55,554 nucleotides of DNA from a virus (IMGVR_UViG_3300014208_000050:1-55554), one strand, 5' to 3'. Counted from the first letter of the stretch, positions 37,353 through 46,611 are shown. The notes: generated by a model from the letters alone, not told the origin. Translations and numbers: made by a program.

Positions 37353-37432
37353 CAAAGGTAATAAGGCAGAAAGTTTGGAATTTTAACCAACGGCTTGGTT
37401 AAGAATCCAAACTTTCTGCCTTATTACCTTTG
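37353..37432. promoter_or_regulatory. 38-bp inverted repeat, probably back-to-back divergent phage promoters (motif P1)
   Basis: arms 37353-37390 and 37395-37432 are 36/38 complementary with a 4-nt spacer, between divergent operons. Confidence 0.75.
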
Positions 37433-37467
37433 TACACTTCATTTCTTTCACTCTTGAGGAATTTCTG

Positions 37468-38205
37468 ATGAGCACTGAACTCGCAACTCTCGACCTCTCT
37501 CAACTTCCATCTACACAGTTAGGCAGCGACGAAGCCTACGCTGACCTCGCCAAGGGTGGCGACTTTCTGAAGTACATCAAGCTCTATAGCAAGGGCAAGG
37601 ACATCGACAAGGGTAGGATTCCGCCCGGACACTGGGGCATTCCCGAGTCTGAGGACGAGATTATCGACCTTGGGGACTCAATCGACGTGCTCCCGCTTGC
37701 CCGGCGTCCAAAGGCTTTGGACATGAGCGACAAGACGGCGATCGTCGTGTCCTACGATGAGTCCTCGGCAGTGTTTAAGGCGATTCAAGCCAAGTCAGCC
37801 GAGAAAGAATCGAAGTGCCAGCACGGCATCAGCTTCCTGGCCTTGGAGCGGTCCACGGGTCGGTTCTTGGAAGTGTTCTTTGGCAACAAGTCGAGCCGAC
37901 CGGAAGCAAAGAAGATTTTCCCCTACTTGCCGAAGTCGCAGGCCGACATTGACCGTCTGGCTGCTGCTGGCAATGATGTACAGGGTTTGGTGCCGCACGG
38001 ACCCCTCCCCGTTACGTTGAAGATTCGCCTCGCCGAGAGCAAGCAGGGCTTCTCGTGGCATTGTCCAATGGTGGTTAAATGTTCAGCGCCGATCAAGACT
38101 CCGGCAACGGCAACCGTGGTGAAGGAGATCACCAAGTTCTTGACCGTCAAGTCGGGCGGTGTTGAGAAGGTTGAGGAGCCCAAGGGTAATACAAGGGCAC
38201 GATAA
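37468..38205 (+). CDS. putative single-stranded DNA-binding protein
   Basis: first gene of the replication operon; OB-fold-like pattern (LKYIKL, PPGHW, FSWHCP); GAGG RBS. Confidence 0.5.
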   Translation: MSTELATLDLSQLPSTQLGSDEAYADLAKGGDFLKYIKLYSKGKDIDKGRIPPGHWGIPESEDEIIDLGDSIDVLPLARRPKALDMSDKTAIVVSYDESSAVFKAIQAKSAEKESKCQHGISFLALERSTGRFLEVFFGNKSSRPEAKKIFPYLPKSQADIDRLAAAGNDVQGLVPHGPLPVTLKIRLAESKQGFSWHCPMVVKCSAPIKTPATATVVKEITKFLTVKSGGVEKVEEPKGNTRAR

Positions 38206-38209
38206 ACAC

Positions 38210-38349
38210 ACCCGGCGCTCCTCTGCATAGCACGAGCATAAAGGCCGGGTAATCACCCTCCGGTAACGGAAGGGCCAAGAGCGTGGAAGCGGCCACCTGC
38301 CGTAAGGAACCAGCGGCAGAATTGCGGGTTCGAGTCCCGACCACGCTCC
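38210..38349 (+). ncRNA. CCCGGC stem element, GTAA hairpin and tRNA-like element 2
   Basis: ACCCGGC/GCCGGGT stem; CCCTCCG-gtaa-CGGAAGGG; acceptor GAGCGTGG/CCACGCTC; T arm CGGG-TTCGAGT-CCCG; 6-bp stem with 11-nt loop; no D stem. Confidence 0.7.
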
Positions 38350-38368
38350 TAACACTTGGAGGTATAGC

Positions 38369-38461
38369 ATGGTTGAGTTTATTGGCGTGTTTTGTTCTGG
38401 CATGTGCGTCGGAGCCGCGCTCGCCTGTGTTTTAATGGCCTTAGTGGTTACTTTTTACTGA
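38369..38461 (+). CDS. 30-aa single-TM peptide
   Basis: GGAGGT RBS; MVEFIGVFCSGMCVGAALACVLMALVVTFY. Confidence 0.55.
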   Translation: MVEFIGVFCSGMCVGAALACVLMALVVTFY

Positions 38462-38470
38462 GTAAATTCT

Positions 38471-38992
38471 GTGATTCCAAACGCACTTCTAGTCACGCAA
38501 CCGACGATTGACTTCAGTACCTTCTTGGGGCTCAGCCAGCAAGCGCTAGGCTATAACCCGAGTCAATCGGCTGATGCGAGTCCTGTGCAACGGTCGGAAG
38601 CCGAACGATTTTTGTCATGCTTGGCTGCGTTACGGGATGAGAATGCGCAGGCAGGGCTGCCATCACACCTTCTTTCGCACGTCTCGTTTAGCGTTCTCGT
38701 CGCAGCCGACGATCGAGACATGCTTAATGTGCTTCAAATCACGTCAGCCATGCCGTTTGTTGTGGCTGAAACTCTTGTGCGTGGGGTACAACTTTCCGTG
38801 ATTACCGGAACCCTGTCACAGTGGCAGGTTGCTGTTAAGAGCGGTTCAAGCAAGTCCAGCAACTTTAACGTGCGGGCGTTTTTTAACCGTGTAATGGCTA
38901 TTTTCCAAGAGGCTGGACTGGATGTTTGGAAAGAGTACGAGTGCCATTCCATGCCGGATCGAACTCTTTACTTGGAGGATAAGAGACGATGA
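38471..38992 (+). CDS. degenerate ThyX-like protein
   Basis: LLSHVSFSVLV and VITGTLSQW echo ThyX EH..FTF and TxNLRxW; no RHR motif. Confidence 0.45.
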   Translation: MIPNALLVTQPTIDFSTFLGLSQQALGYNPSQSADASPVQRSEAERFLSCLAALRDENAQAGLPSHLLSHVSFSVLVAADDRDMLNVLQITSAMPFVVAETLVRGVQLSVITGTLSQWQVAVKSGSSKSSNFNVRAFFNRVMAIFQEAGLDVWKEYECHSMPDRTLYLEDKRR

Positions 38993-39663
38993 GCGTCAAG
39001 CGTCCACGTCGATCGGCTTCGCAACGATCTGAGATTGTGAACGACTTTCACAATTACGGTGTCAGTCTCGACACACGAGAGATCGTGCTTCAGAGCGAGT
39101 CGGGTAACGACGAGGACGGTATCGACTTCAAGTGTGCCAACACGTTCATCAAGAATCTACTCTTGTTGAATAGTTTCAATCATCAGTTAATCCTGGTGCA
39201 TCAATGCACCTGTGGCGGTGAGTGGAACTATGGGATTGCGATTTACGACGCAATTGCGTCGAGCCTGTCGCCAGTGGTGTTGGTTGCCTACGCTCACGCA
39301 CGCTCGATGTCGAGCATTATTCCGCAAGCTGCAAAGAAGCGGGTCATCATGCCGAACGCCGACTTCTTGATTCACTTCGGAGGCGGTTCTTACAACGGGG
39401 ACGCTCGAAGTTTTGTTGCTGAAGGTAAGAAGTCGGATGAACTCGATAACCGGATGCTCGACATTTATGCCGGGAAGTGTGCCCGAGGACCGTACTTTAA
39501 GAGGCGTAAGTTCTCACGAGAAAAGGTGAAGAAGTATCTACGCGATCAGATGAATGCAAAGCGTGAGTGGTACATGACGCCGGATGAAGCTGTTGACATG
39601 GGCTTCATGGATGGAGTGTTTGGCAAACCGGGATTCCGAACCTTTGATGAAATACGTAAATGA
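38989..39663 (+). CDS. ClpP-like serine protease
   Basis: CGGEWNYGIAIYDAI, AHARSMSS (Ser), FLIH (His), YMTPDEAVDMGFMD. Confidence 0.88.
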   Translation: MSVKRPRRSASQRSEIVNDFHNYGVSLDTREIVLQSESGNDEDGIDFKCANTFIKNLLLLNSFNHQLILVHQCTCGGEWNYGIAIYDAIASSLSPVVLVAYAHARSMSSIIPQAAKKRVIMPNADFLIHFGGGSYNGDARSFVAEGKKSDELDNRMLDIYAGKCARGPYFKRRKFSREKVKKYLRDQMNAKREWYMTPDEAVDMGFMDGVFGKPGFRTFDEIRK

Positions 39664-41570
39664 TCGAAGAAATCAAACTCACACATCGAACCGCTGGCGG
39701 GACGCTTGTTCGCTCGGCTGCAACCGTCGAGTACAAGAACAATCGGATATGGTTCTTGAAGAGCCCGTATTCTTTGAAGGACGAGATCAAGGCCATGCAG
39801 GGTAGTCGTTGGCACGGCTTCGAGAGTGAGAACCCTCGTCAGATTTGGTCTGCCGCCGACTGCCAACGCAATCGTTTCCAACTTCGTTATCTGCAAGGTG
39901 AGGATGTCTATGCTTGGTTCGACCGTGAGATAGTGAAGCATGAGTACACACGCCCGCTTAAAGATCATCAAAAGGATTTAGCGGACCATTTTTTGACCTA
40001 CCACTACGGTATCATGGCAGCCGAGATGGGCGTCGGGAAGACTTTGGCTGCCCAGGAGGTCATGGAGCGGTCTGGAATTAAAGCGTGGTACTGGATAGGC
40101 CCGAAACCAAGTCTACCAAACATTCGTCGAGAGTTTAAGCGATGGAACATCAACCCTAGCATCTCTGTTGAGATGATGAACTATGAAGCGCTTGTACGGG
40201 TAATGGACGAGTGGGACGAGGCAACGCCAGTTCCGCAAGGTTTGGTAATTGACGAGTCAAGCAGGTGTAAAGGTTCAACTTCTCAGCGAACGCAAGCCGT
40301 ACAAGCGTTGGCTGATAAGATTCGGGACAAATATGGTTTTGATGGCTACGTGATTGAAATGTCCGGCACCCCCGCTCCTAAGTCCCCGCTTGACTGGTGG
40401 GCACAGACAGAAATTGCTTGGCCCGGTTTCCTGAAGGAGGGCTCGACGAAGGCAATGGAGCAGCGTCTCGCCTTCTTGACTCAGCAGAAGTTTGACGCCG
40501 GGACGTTCAACAAGCGAGTTGGGTGGAAAGACGATGAACGTAAGTGCAAGCATTGCGGGCAGTTAGAGCATGAGTACGAGGACCACGCCTATGAGCCAAG
40601 TTTCAATGAAGTCTCCTATCTGTATGAGCGGTTGAAGGGTTTGGTCATTATCAAACACAAGAAAGATTGCCTCTCGTTGCCGGACAAGCTTTACCGTCAA
40701 GTTATTTGTAAACCAAATGCCAGTACACTTCGAGTCGCACAAGCTCTCTCACAAGCGGCACCCAATGTAGTGACCGGATTAACCTTGTTGCGAGAGTTGA
40801 GCGATGGTTTTCAGTACCGCGAGGTGGACGAAGGCACTGTCACTTGCCCGCACTGCAAAGGCGTAAAGACGGTTGAAGAGTGGTGGAACCCTGAAGATGA
40901 ACAGTCTTATCAAGTCGTGGACATGCTTGACAAAGAATATGTGGCCAAGCTAGTGAAACGGACTGTTGACTGCCCTCGCTGTGCAGGGTTAGGTGAAGTA
41001 TCCAAGAAGGTTCGCGTAACGAAGGAAGTACCTTGTCCCAAGGATAAGGTGTTACGCGACTTACTGGACGAGTGCGAGGAAACTGGACGTATCGTAATCT
41101 TCGCAGGATTCACCGGCAGCGTGGACAGAGTTACAAACCTGTGTTGCAAGGACGGCTGGGATGTCGTGAGGTGCGATGGGCGTGGTTGGCTGGTGATGAA
41201 ATCTGACAGGACTATTGTGACTGACGAGGAAGCTCTTGATTATTGGTCAAATTTGGGAGACCACCAACGAGTGGCCTTTGTGTCCCACCCGGCTTCAGGA
41301 GGCATGAGTCTTACGTTGACTGAAAGCCGCATGGCCGTTTATTGGTCCAATACATTCAAGCCTGAAGAAAGAACGCAAAGCGAAGACCGAATCCATCGCA
41401 TGGGGATGGACCTCAACAAAGGTTGTGTAATTGTAGACATCCTCCATCTCCCGTCTGACGAACGTGTCCTATCCATAATTCGGGAAAACAGGCGTCTTGA
41501 GCTAATGACTATGGGCGAAGTCCTTGGTGATATTAAGTGGGAAGTGCCGGTTGGAGATACAGATGACTAA
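39660..41570 (+). CDS. SNF2-like SF2 helicase with Zn-finger insertions
   Basis: AEMGVGKT, VIDESS, MSGTP, GGMSLTLT, QSEDRIHRMG. Confidence 0.92.
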   Translation: MIEEIKLTHRTAGGTLVRSAATVEYKNNRIWFLKSPYSLKDEIKAMQGSRWHGFESENPRQIWSAADCQRNRFQLRYLQGEDVYAWFDREIVKHEYTRPLKDHQKDLADHFLTYHYGIMAAEMGVGKTLAAQEVMERSGIKAWYWIGPKPSLPNIRREFKRWNINPSISVEMMNYEALVRVMDEWDEATPVPQGLVIDESSRCKGSTSQRTQAVQALADKIRDKYGFDGYVIEMSGTPAPKSPLDWWAQTEIAWPGFLKEGSTKAMEQRLAFLTQQKFDAGTFNKRVGWKDDERKCKHCGQLEHEYEDHAYEPSFNEVSYLYERLKGLVIIKHKKDCLSLPDKLYRQVICKPNASTLRVAQALSQAAPNVVTGLTLLRELSDGFQYREVDEGTVTCPHCKGVKTVEEWWNPEDEQSYQVVDMLDKEYVAKLVKRTVDCPRCAGLGEVSKKVRVTKEVPCPKDKVLRDLLDECEETGRIVIFAGFTGSVDRVTNLCCKDGWDVVRCDGRGWLVMKSDRTIVTDEEALDYWSNLGDHQRVAFVSHPASGGMSLTLTESRMAVYWSNTFKPEERTQSEDRIHRMGMDLNKGCVIVDILHLPSDERVLSIIRENRRLELMTMGEVLGDIKWEVPVGDTDD

Positions 41571-42243
41571 GGTCTGTACGAAGTGCAAGCGTGTGTTGGA
41601 CTGTAAGCGCTTTTCACGGCAACATACTGCTCGTGATGGGTTACGGTCGGCTTGCAAAGACTGCTGCTCCGAAGCTGGTAAGAAGTATTACCGCAACCCC
41701 GTTGTAAGGGAAAAAGTTCTTGAACGGGGCCGACTGCGCCCAAAGGTGCCTCACCCTGTTGAGTTGGTAAACGGACTACTGAGACCCCTCAGTCAGTCGC
41801 AACAAGACAGGTTTTGGAAGCACGTTGACAAAGTTGATACGGAGTCTTGTTGGTTGTGGAAAGCAGGAAAAGACAGCGACGGGTACGGTAAAGTCACAAT
41901 CAACAGGGTCACGTACCGATCAAACCGCGTGGCCTACTTCGTAACTACCGGGATTGATCCAAGTGGGTTGAAAGTTTGTCACACTTGCGACAATCCCTCT
42001 TGTTGCAATCCTAAGCATTTGTGGCTAGGAACTGTTGCCGAGAACAACGCGGACAGGGACTCGAAAGGTCGGTCGAGCGGACCTCGCGGTGAACAAAATA
42101 CTGGCCACAAGCTCACGTCCGATCAAGTGCGACTCATCCGTGCGTCTAATGAGGCCCAACACGTTGTAGCTAAACGCTACGGTGTCAGTCGGTCTCTTAT
42201 CAGCATGGTTCGTAATAAAGTCATTTGGGGTCACGTTACATGA
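41563..42243 (+). CDS. HNH homing endonuclease
   Basis: KVCTKCK Zn finger; RFWKHV..CWLW; VCHTCDNPSCCNPKHL; C-terminal HTH. Confidence 0.92.
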   Translation: MTKVCTKCKRVLDCKRFSRQHTARDGLRSACKDCCSEAGKKYYRNPVVREKVLERGRLRPKVPHPVELVNGLLRPLSQSQQDRFWKHVDKVDTESCWLWKAGKDSDGYGKVTINRVTYRSNRVAYFVTTGIDPSGLKVCHTCDNPSCCNPKHLWLGTVAENNADRDSKGRSSGPRGEQNTGHKLTSDQVRLIRASNEAQHVVAKRYGVSRSLISMVRNKVIWGHVT

Positions 42244-42593
42244 AGATAATTCTATCACTTTTGATGGCAACTGCTGTGTCGGTCTATTACGACCGGAACA
42301 ACGGCGAAACCGTTCGCCCTTGGTTGGGTGACGAGCTAGTCGTGAAGCTGTTGATACCTGTCAATGAACAAGGCATGTCCGGGGTCTGGACACTGACCAG
42401 CAACAACACAGGTATTTTGTTGAAGCATCGAACAACACTGGAAAATGGAACTGGCGTGCCTGGAACTATGTACCAAGTGTTCAGTTGGCTCGTGATTGGT
42501 CAGGGTGCCACTGAAGTACGAATGCAATACATCGGAAGCGGTGTTTATGATCCTCCAAGACACCTATACAGTTTACAAGTCGTAGCACATTAG
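42240..42593 (+). CDS. secreted chagasin/I42-like protein (putative cysteine protease inhibitor)
   Basis: signal peptide; NGETV...GDELVVKL...W...GVPG...F...G...MQY...YSLQV pattern. Confidence 0.5.
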   Translation: MKIILSLLMATAVSVYYDRNNGETVRPWLGDELVVKLLIPVNEQGMSGVWTLTSNNTGILLKHRTTLENGTGVPGTMYQVFSWLVIGQGATEVRMQYIGSGVYDPPRHLYSLQVVAH

Positions 42594-42604
42594 GAGATTG
42601 CAAC

Positions 42605-43570
42605 ATGAAGTTTCGCACAATTGTTTTGGTATTGGCAGTTGTTATCGGACCCTTCGCCGGGGCATATCTTGCGCTCACTGATTATCTCCCCAGATTAAAT
42701 GGTCTTCAAGATCGGGTAACATATTGCGAATACCGTGATTTGGAGAATAGTCGTCGCTACTGGAGCACTCAGGACCAGCTTAATACTTTACAATCAAATC
42801 TATTTTACAACTCACTTCAACAAGTCAGTGTCAAAGTTGAGGTTGGCGATGGGGCCGGCTCGGGGGTTCTTGTCTCCCGCAAAGTGGGCTCTGTTTGGAA
42901 GACATTTGTTTGGACGGCCGGACACGTTGCTGAAAGTTTGAAGAAGTCGGACGGGACGTTTGGCAATGCCGTCATCTATCAGGAGACGCGATCTTTTGGA
43001 AAGTTTGTCAGTGTCAAACGCACGCCCGCTAAGGTAATTGCCTACAGTGAGGCTAACCTTGAAGAGGACTTGGCACTGCTCGAAGTGTTGGAAGACAACT
43101 TCTACAAGGGCTCCGCGTGGTTTGCTGACGAGAGCATCCCTGCTGTTGGGACGAATCTCATTCACGTCGGCAGTACGCTCGGCATCTACAATTCAGTCAG
43201 CTTGGGCATTATCTCTCAGACCGACCGTGACCTGTTGAACACTGGTAAGGTGTTTGACCAAACTTCTGTTATGGGTTACCCCGGCTCGTCTGGCGGCGGT
43301 GTCTACCGGGCAGACAATGGTGCCTGCATCGGACTGCTTGTTCGCGGCGCTGGTGCTGGAATCAACTTCATTGTTCCGATTCGCAGGATGTTGCCCTGGG
43401 CTAAGGCGAATGGAGTGGAGTGGGCAATAAATCCTGACGCTCCTGTACCTCTTACACGTACCCCAACTAACCTGGAACAGGTGCCGAAAACTCCAGTGGT
43501 TGAGCCAGAGGTTAAACCGATGGCTCCTGGCGGTCCCAAGGTTGATCGAAGGATTCAGAAGTTGATATGA
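42605..43570 (+). CDS. membrane-anchored trypsin-like serine protease
   Basis: N-terminal TM; TAGHV, DLALL, PGSSGGG catalytic triad. Confidence 0.92.
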   Translation: MKFRTIVLVLAVVIGPFAGAYLALTDYLPRLNGLQDRVTYCEYRDLENSRRYWSTQDQLNTLQSNLFYNSLQQVSVKVEVGDGAGSGVLVSRKVGSVWKTFVWTAGHVAESLKKSDGTFGNAVIYQETRSFGKFVSVKRTPAKVIAYSEANLEEDLALLEVLEDNFYKGSAWFADESIPAVGTNLIHVGSTLGIYNSVSLGIISQTDRDLLNTGKVFDQTSVMGYPGSSGGGVYRADNGACIGLLVRGAGAGINFIVPIRRMLPWAKANGVEWAINPDAPVPLTRTPTNLEQVPKTPVVEPEVKPMAPGGPKVDRRIQKLI

Positions 43571-43716
43571 ACAGTTGGAAACGAACAGGCCGGATGCTTT
43601 CTGGCACCGCAATCAAACGGTGGTACAAGAAGTTTGTCCGGCGTCGGAACAGGCGTAAGGCGAAACAGAACCCTTTACACAAGGATAAACCGCTCGACCC
43701 TTGGGCGATTGACTAG
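43567..43716 (+). CDS. small basic protein (49 aa)
   Basis: ATGA overlap with upstream stop; fills the gap; MNSWKRTGR...RRRNRRKAK...PWAID. Confidence 0.6.
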   Translation: MNSWKRTGRMLSGTAIKRWYKKFVRRRNRRKAKQNPLHKDKPLDPWAID

Positions 43717-43718
43717 CT

Positions 43719-45029
43719 ATGAAACTCAATACATCAATGGTACGGGGTATTAAGAGCCGCCTTGCAGCAGGTGAATCGCAGTCATCAATTGCCGACGCCT
43801 TTAAGGTAAGTCGCTCGTTGATTTCTGACATCGCCACTGGTCGGGCGTGGAAGGAGGCTCCTTGGCCGGACGGTGAGCCCTGTCCGAAGAAGCCCGGTGG
43901 TCAACGCAAGCCCCTTGACACCTGTGACCCAACCAACGAGCGAATCCTTGAGTTGGAGTCCGAAGTCGTTCATTTGACTGATGAGCGCAATAGGGAGAAG
44001 GCCAAGGTCAAGGCGAGTGCGAAGACGACCGGCCTGTTCAAGGCCATCGTCAAGGAGATGGACACACGGGTCAAGCCGTTCAAGGCTTTGCCTAGCGTGT
44101 ACGTACCAAGGAAGAGTGGCAAGATAGAGGAGCACGCCGTACTGCATATTAGCGACATGCACGCAGACTCGGTGGTAACTCCCGAGGAAGTAGGTGGCAT
44201 GGAAGAGTTCAACTTCCCTATTGCCTGCGCGCGTGCCGAGCGACTTGTTGATACTACCCTACGCTGGACACAGAGCACACTCGCACCCAACTTCGACTTT
44301 CAAGCGCTGTGGGTGTTGATTTACGGTGATTTGAGTAGCGGTACGATTCATGGGGCGGCTCAGCGCAGCTACTTCCGCAATCAATTTCGCAACTCACTCG
44401 CTATCGGCCAGTTGCTTGGTTTGATGGTACGCGACTTGGCCCCTCACTTTCCTGTGGTGAACGTAGTGTGCGTCTCGGGTAACCACGGCCGTACCACACC
44501 TAAGAAGGACTTTCACGGCAGTCAGGAGAACTTTGATTACTTAATCGCAGAGATCGCGCGCCTCCACTGCACCGAATTGGCTAATACAAGCTGGTTGATC
44601 CCCAATGCTTGGTCGGTGAATCTTGACATCAATGGGATTGGTGTGAACGTGTCGCACGGCGACGATTGCAAGTCGAACGGGGGCATTCCGTTCTACGGTA
44701 TGGTACGTCGTCAGAAGGGCCTCATTGCCATGAACAGTGTTCAGGGCGGGCTCCGAACTCGGTACTGGGCAATGGGCCACCACCACTGTTCGGCAGCGTT
44801 GGCAGATATGGATGGTGAATTGCTCTTAAACGGCGCGTGGTTGGGAACAGATCAATACTCGTTCAATGCGTTGGCGGGGTACAGACAACCGACTCAGTTG
44901 TTGCACGGTATGCACGCTCGTAACGGGGTAACGTGGCGATTGCCCGTGTGTTTACGATCCGACGAGGAGCGTGTGGGCCCCAAGCGTTATAAGATCGACG
45001 GGAGCAAAGAAATTGGCCCGATCCTATGA
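43719..45029 (+). CDS. HTH-fused calcineurin-like metallophosphoesterase
   Basis: N-terminal QSSIADAFKVSRSLISDI HTH; SDMH, YGD, GNHG, SHGD, MGHHH. Confidence 0.88.
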   Translation: MKLNTSMVRGIKSRLAAGESQSSIADAFKVSRSLISDIATGRAWKEAPWPDGEPCPKKPGGQRKPLDTCDPTNERILELESEVVHLTDERNREKAKVKASAKTTGLFKAIVKEMDTRVKPFKALPSVYVPRKSGKIEEHAVLHISDMHADSVVTPEEVGGMEEFNFPIACARAERLVDTTLRWTQSTLAPNFDFQALWVLIYGDLSSGTIHGAAQRSYFRNQFRNSLAIGQLLGLMVRDLAPHFPVVNVVCVSGNHGRTTPKKDFHGSQENFDYLIAEIARLHCTELANTSWLIPNAWSVNLDINGIGVNVSHGDDCKSNGGIPFYGMVRRQKGLIAMNSVQGGLRTRYWAMGHHHCSAALADMDGELLLNGAWLGTDQYSFNALAGYRQPTQLLHGMHARNGVTWRLPVCLRSDEERVGPKRYKIDGSKEIGPIL

Positions 45030-45208
45030 AACGAATCCCTTTAACCAAGGGCAAGGAAGCTTTAGTAGACGACCAAGACTATGTGTACTTGATGCAATGG
45101 CCTTGGTCTGCGATTAAGAACGGTAAGTACGCAGTCAGGTATAGGAGGATAGCTGACGGTGATTGCCCGTCTGTGATCTATATGCACGCACGACTGCAAC
45201 TCACATAA
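45026..45208 (+). pseudogene. truncated HNH endonuclease remnant
   Basis: MKRIPLTKGKEALVDDQDY...IYMH, then stops before the nuclease core. Confidence 0.75.
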
Positions 45209-45219
45209 GGAGTGATTCA

Positions 45220-45339
45220 ATGCCTATGAAATCACAAGCACAGCGAAAGTACCTTTGGGTTGTTAGCCCAAAGGTTGCTAAGAAGTTTGAAGCGGAAACA
45301 CCCAAAGGTAAGAAGCTTCCTAAGAAAGTAAAGAAATGA
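45220..45339 (+). CDS. small Lys-rich phage protein (39 aa)
   Basis: AAGGAG RBS; MPMKSQAQRKYLW...ETPKGKKLPKKVKK. Confidence 0.75.
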   Translation: MPMKSQAQRKYLWVVSPKVAKKFEAETPKGKKLPKKVKK

Positions 45340-45360
45340 TCCACTACAACAGGTGACACT

Positions 45361-45591
45361 ATGCGAGTGGGCAGATTCGTCATAGAGCATTGGCGTGAGG
45401 ATGAGTTGATTGAGAAGATCACACTTACAAAGAAGCATATTCAAAGGAAGGATGGCACTGGTATTATTGTCTTCCCGCCCGGCTGTATCGAGTTGGCCAC
45501 CGGGGATGAACTTCACTTTGACTGTGACGGACTAGCGGAGTTATTGCATGACGACGGAAGAACAGAAGGCAAAGAATCGGGAAAAGTTTAA
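45361..45591 (+). CDS. hypothetical protein
   Basis: ATG with AGGTG RBS. Confidence 0.55.
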   Translation: MRVGRFVIEHWREDELIEKITLTKKHIQRKDGTGIIVFPPGCIELATGDELHFDCDGLAELLHDDGRTEGKESGKV

Positions 45592-46186
45592 GCGGTACTG
45601 CTCTCGACACTGGCAAGAGGTCAAACAACAGGCAATTGCACGCTATAGAAAAAAGAAACTAAACACACCTCCCAAGGCTCGGTCGCTCATTAACGAGGGG
45701 GCTGAGCCTTTTCGCACTTTTGAGTTATGTGATCCGCGTGACCCTGAGCAATTGCCACACGTCATTGGCGTTTGTCCAGCAGGCACAACTCCAGTCTGGT
45801 TGCTCATGTGGGCCTGCCGGCACTATAGCAACACACGCTGGGCCAAGTGGTTTCGGAGGCTCGATGATCTTGGGCTAGAGCCTGTCGAGCGTAGGGGGTG
45901 GGCTGTTGGACGGTTTGCTCATTTGACACATGACCTAGCCTCCAAACTGGTGGATACACGCGCCAAAGAGATATGCAAACTTGTTGGCAAGCGGCCAAAA
46001 TGGCTGTACGCCGCAGGTTGTCAACGAGCCCAACCAGTTGGATGCCTCTGCCCGGATGGGCGTGTTCAGCGCTACCGGAACGTACGTCAAGCGTGGCGCG
46101 CCTCGGGCGTGAGTTATAGACGGTTTGATAAATACCTCAACACAAGTATGCCGACGCCAGACGGATTGATCTGGTTTGGAGCCTGA
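45548..46186 (+). CDS. degenerate GIY-YIG-like protein with NUMOD1-like tail
   Basis: TFELCDPRD...HVIG resembles IYxLxDPR..RYVG; YRNVRQAWRASGVS C-terminal HTH. Confidence 0.5.
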   Translation: MTTEEQKAKNREKFKRYCSRHWQEVKQQAIARYRKKKLNTPPKARSLINEGAEPFRTFELCDPRDPEQLPHVIGVCPAGTTPVWLLMWACRHYSNTRWAKWFRRLDDLGLEPVERRGWAVGRFAHLTHDLASKLVDTRAKEICKLVGKRPKWLYAAGCQRAQPVGCLCPDGRVQRYRNVRQAWRASGVSYRRFDKYLNTSMPTPDGLIWFGA

Positions 46187-46188
46187 TA

Positions 46189-46578
46189 ATGGGAATAGGA
46201 CGCCGACTAAAGCTTACCGACCAACGCAAAGTGAGCCGCATGGAGGAGCTTCGGAATGACGCTTCCTCAACGGACATCGACGAGGAGCTGAATATCCTCA
46301 CCGTAATGGAAGAGGATGCGATCAACAACGAGCAGACGGGGCTCGCACTCGACATTATCCGCGTTCGTGGCTCGCTGTGTCACAACGCTGAGTCCAACAA
46401 GATTCGCCAAGGCGAACTACTGGCAAAAGCCGCCTTGGTTCAGATTGCTCAGAAAATGGTCGGAATCATCGCTCAGAACATCGAAGGCAAGTTCATCGGG
46501 TGGGAACAGTCCTTAGATGACATCCAAGAAGGATTCATCACGGTTGTGGCGGAAGCAAAAAATATTGAAGAAAGTTAG
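46189..46578 (+). CDS. hypothetical helical protein (possible small terminase-like)
   Basis: DIDEELNIL pattern; no small terminase is found next to terL. Confidence 0.4.
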   Translation: MGIGRRLKLTDQRKVSRMEELRNDASSTDIDEELNILTVMEEDAINNEQTGLALDIIRVRGSLCHNAESNKIRQGELLAKAALVQIAQKMVGIIAQNIEGKFIGWEQSLDDIQEGFITVVAEAKNIEES

Positions 46579-46611
46579 TGTAAAACAAGGGAGTTGGGTT
46601 ACTTACAGGTG
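46578..46611 (+). promoter_or_regulatory. putative promoter motif P2, copy A
   Basis: GTGTAAA-N7-AGTTGGGtTACTtacAGGTG; 25/34 identical to 54679-54712. Confidence 0.5.

Noticed and set aside
37353-37432. Protelomerase target (telRL)
   Set aside because: No protelomerase in the window, the centre is not perfectly palindromic, and a lone arm copy exists at 2811
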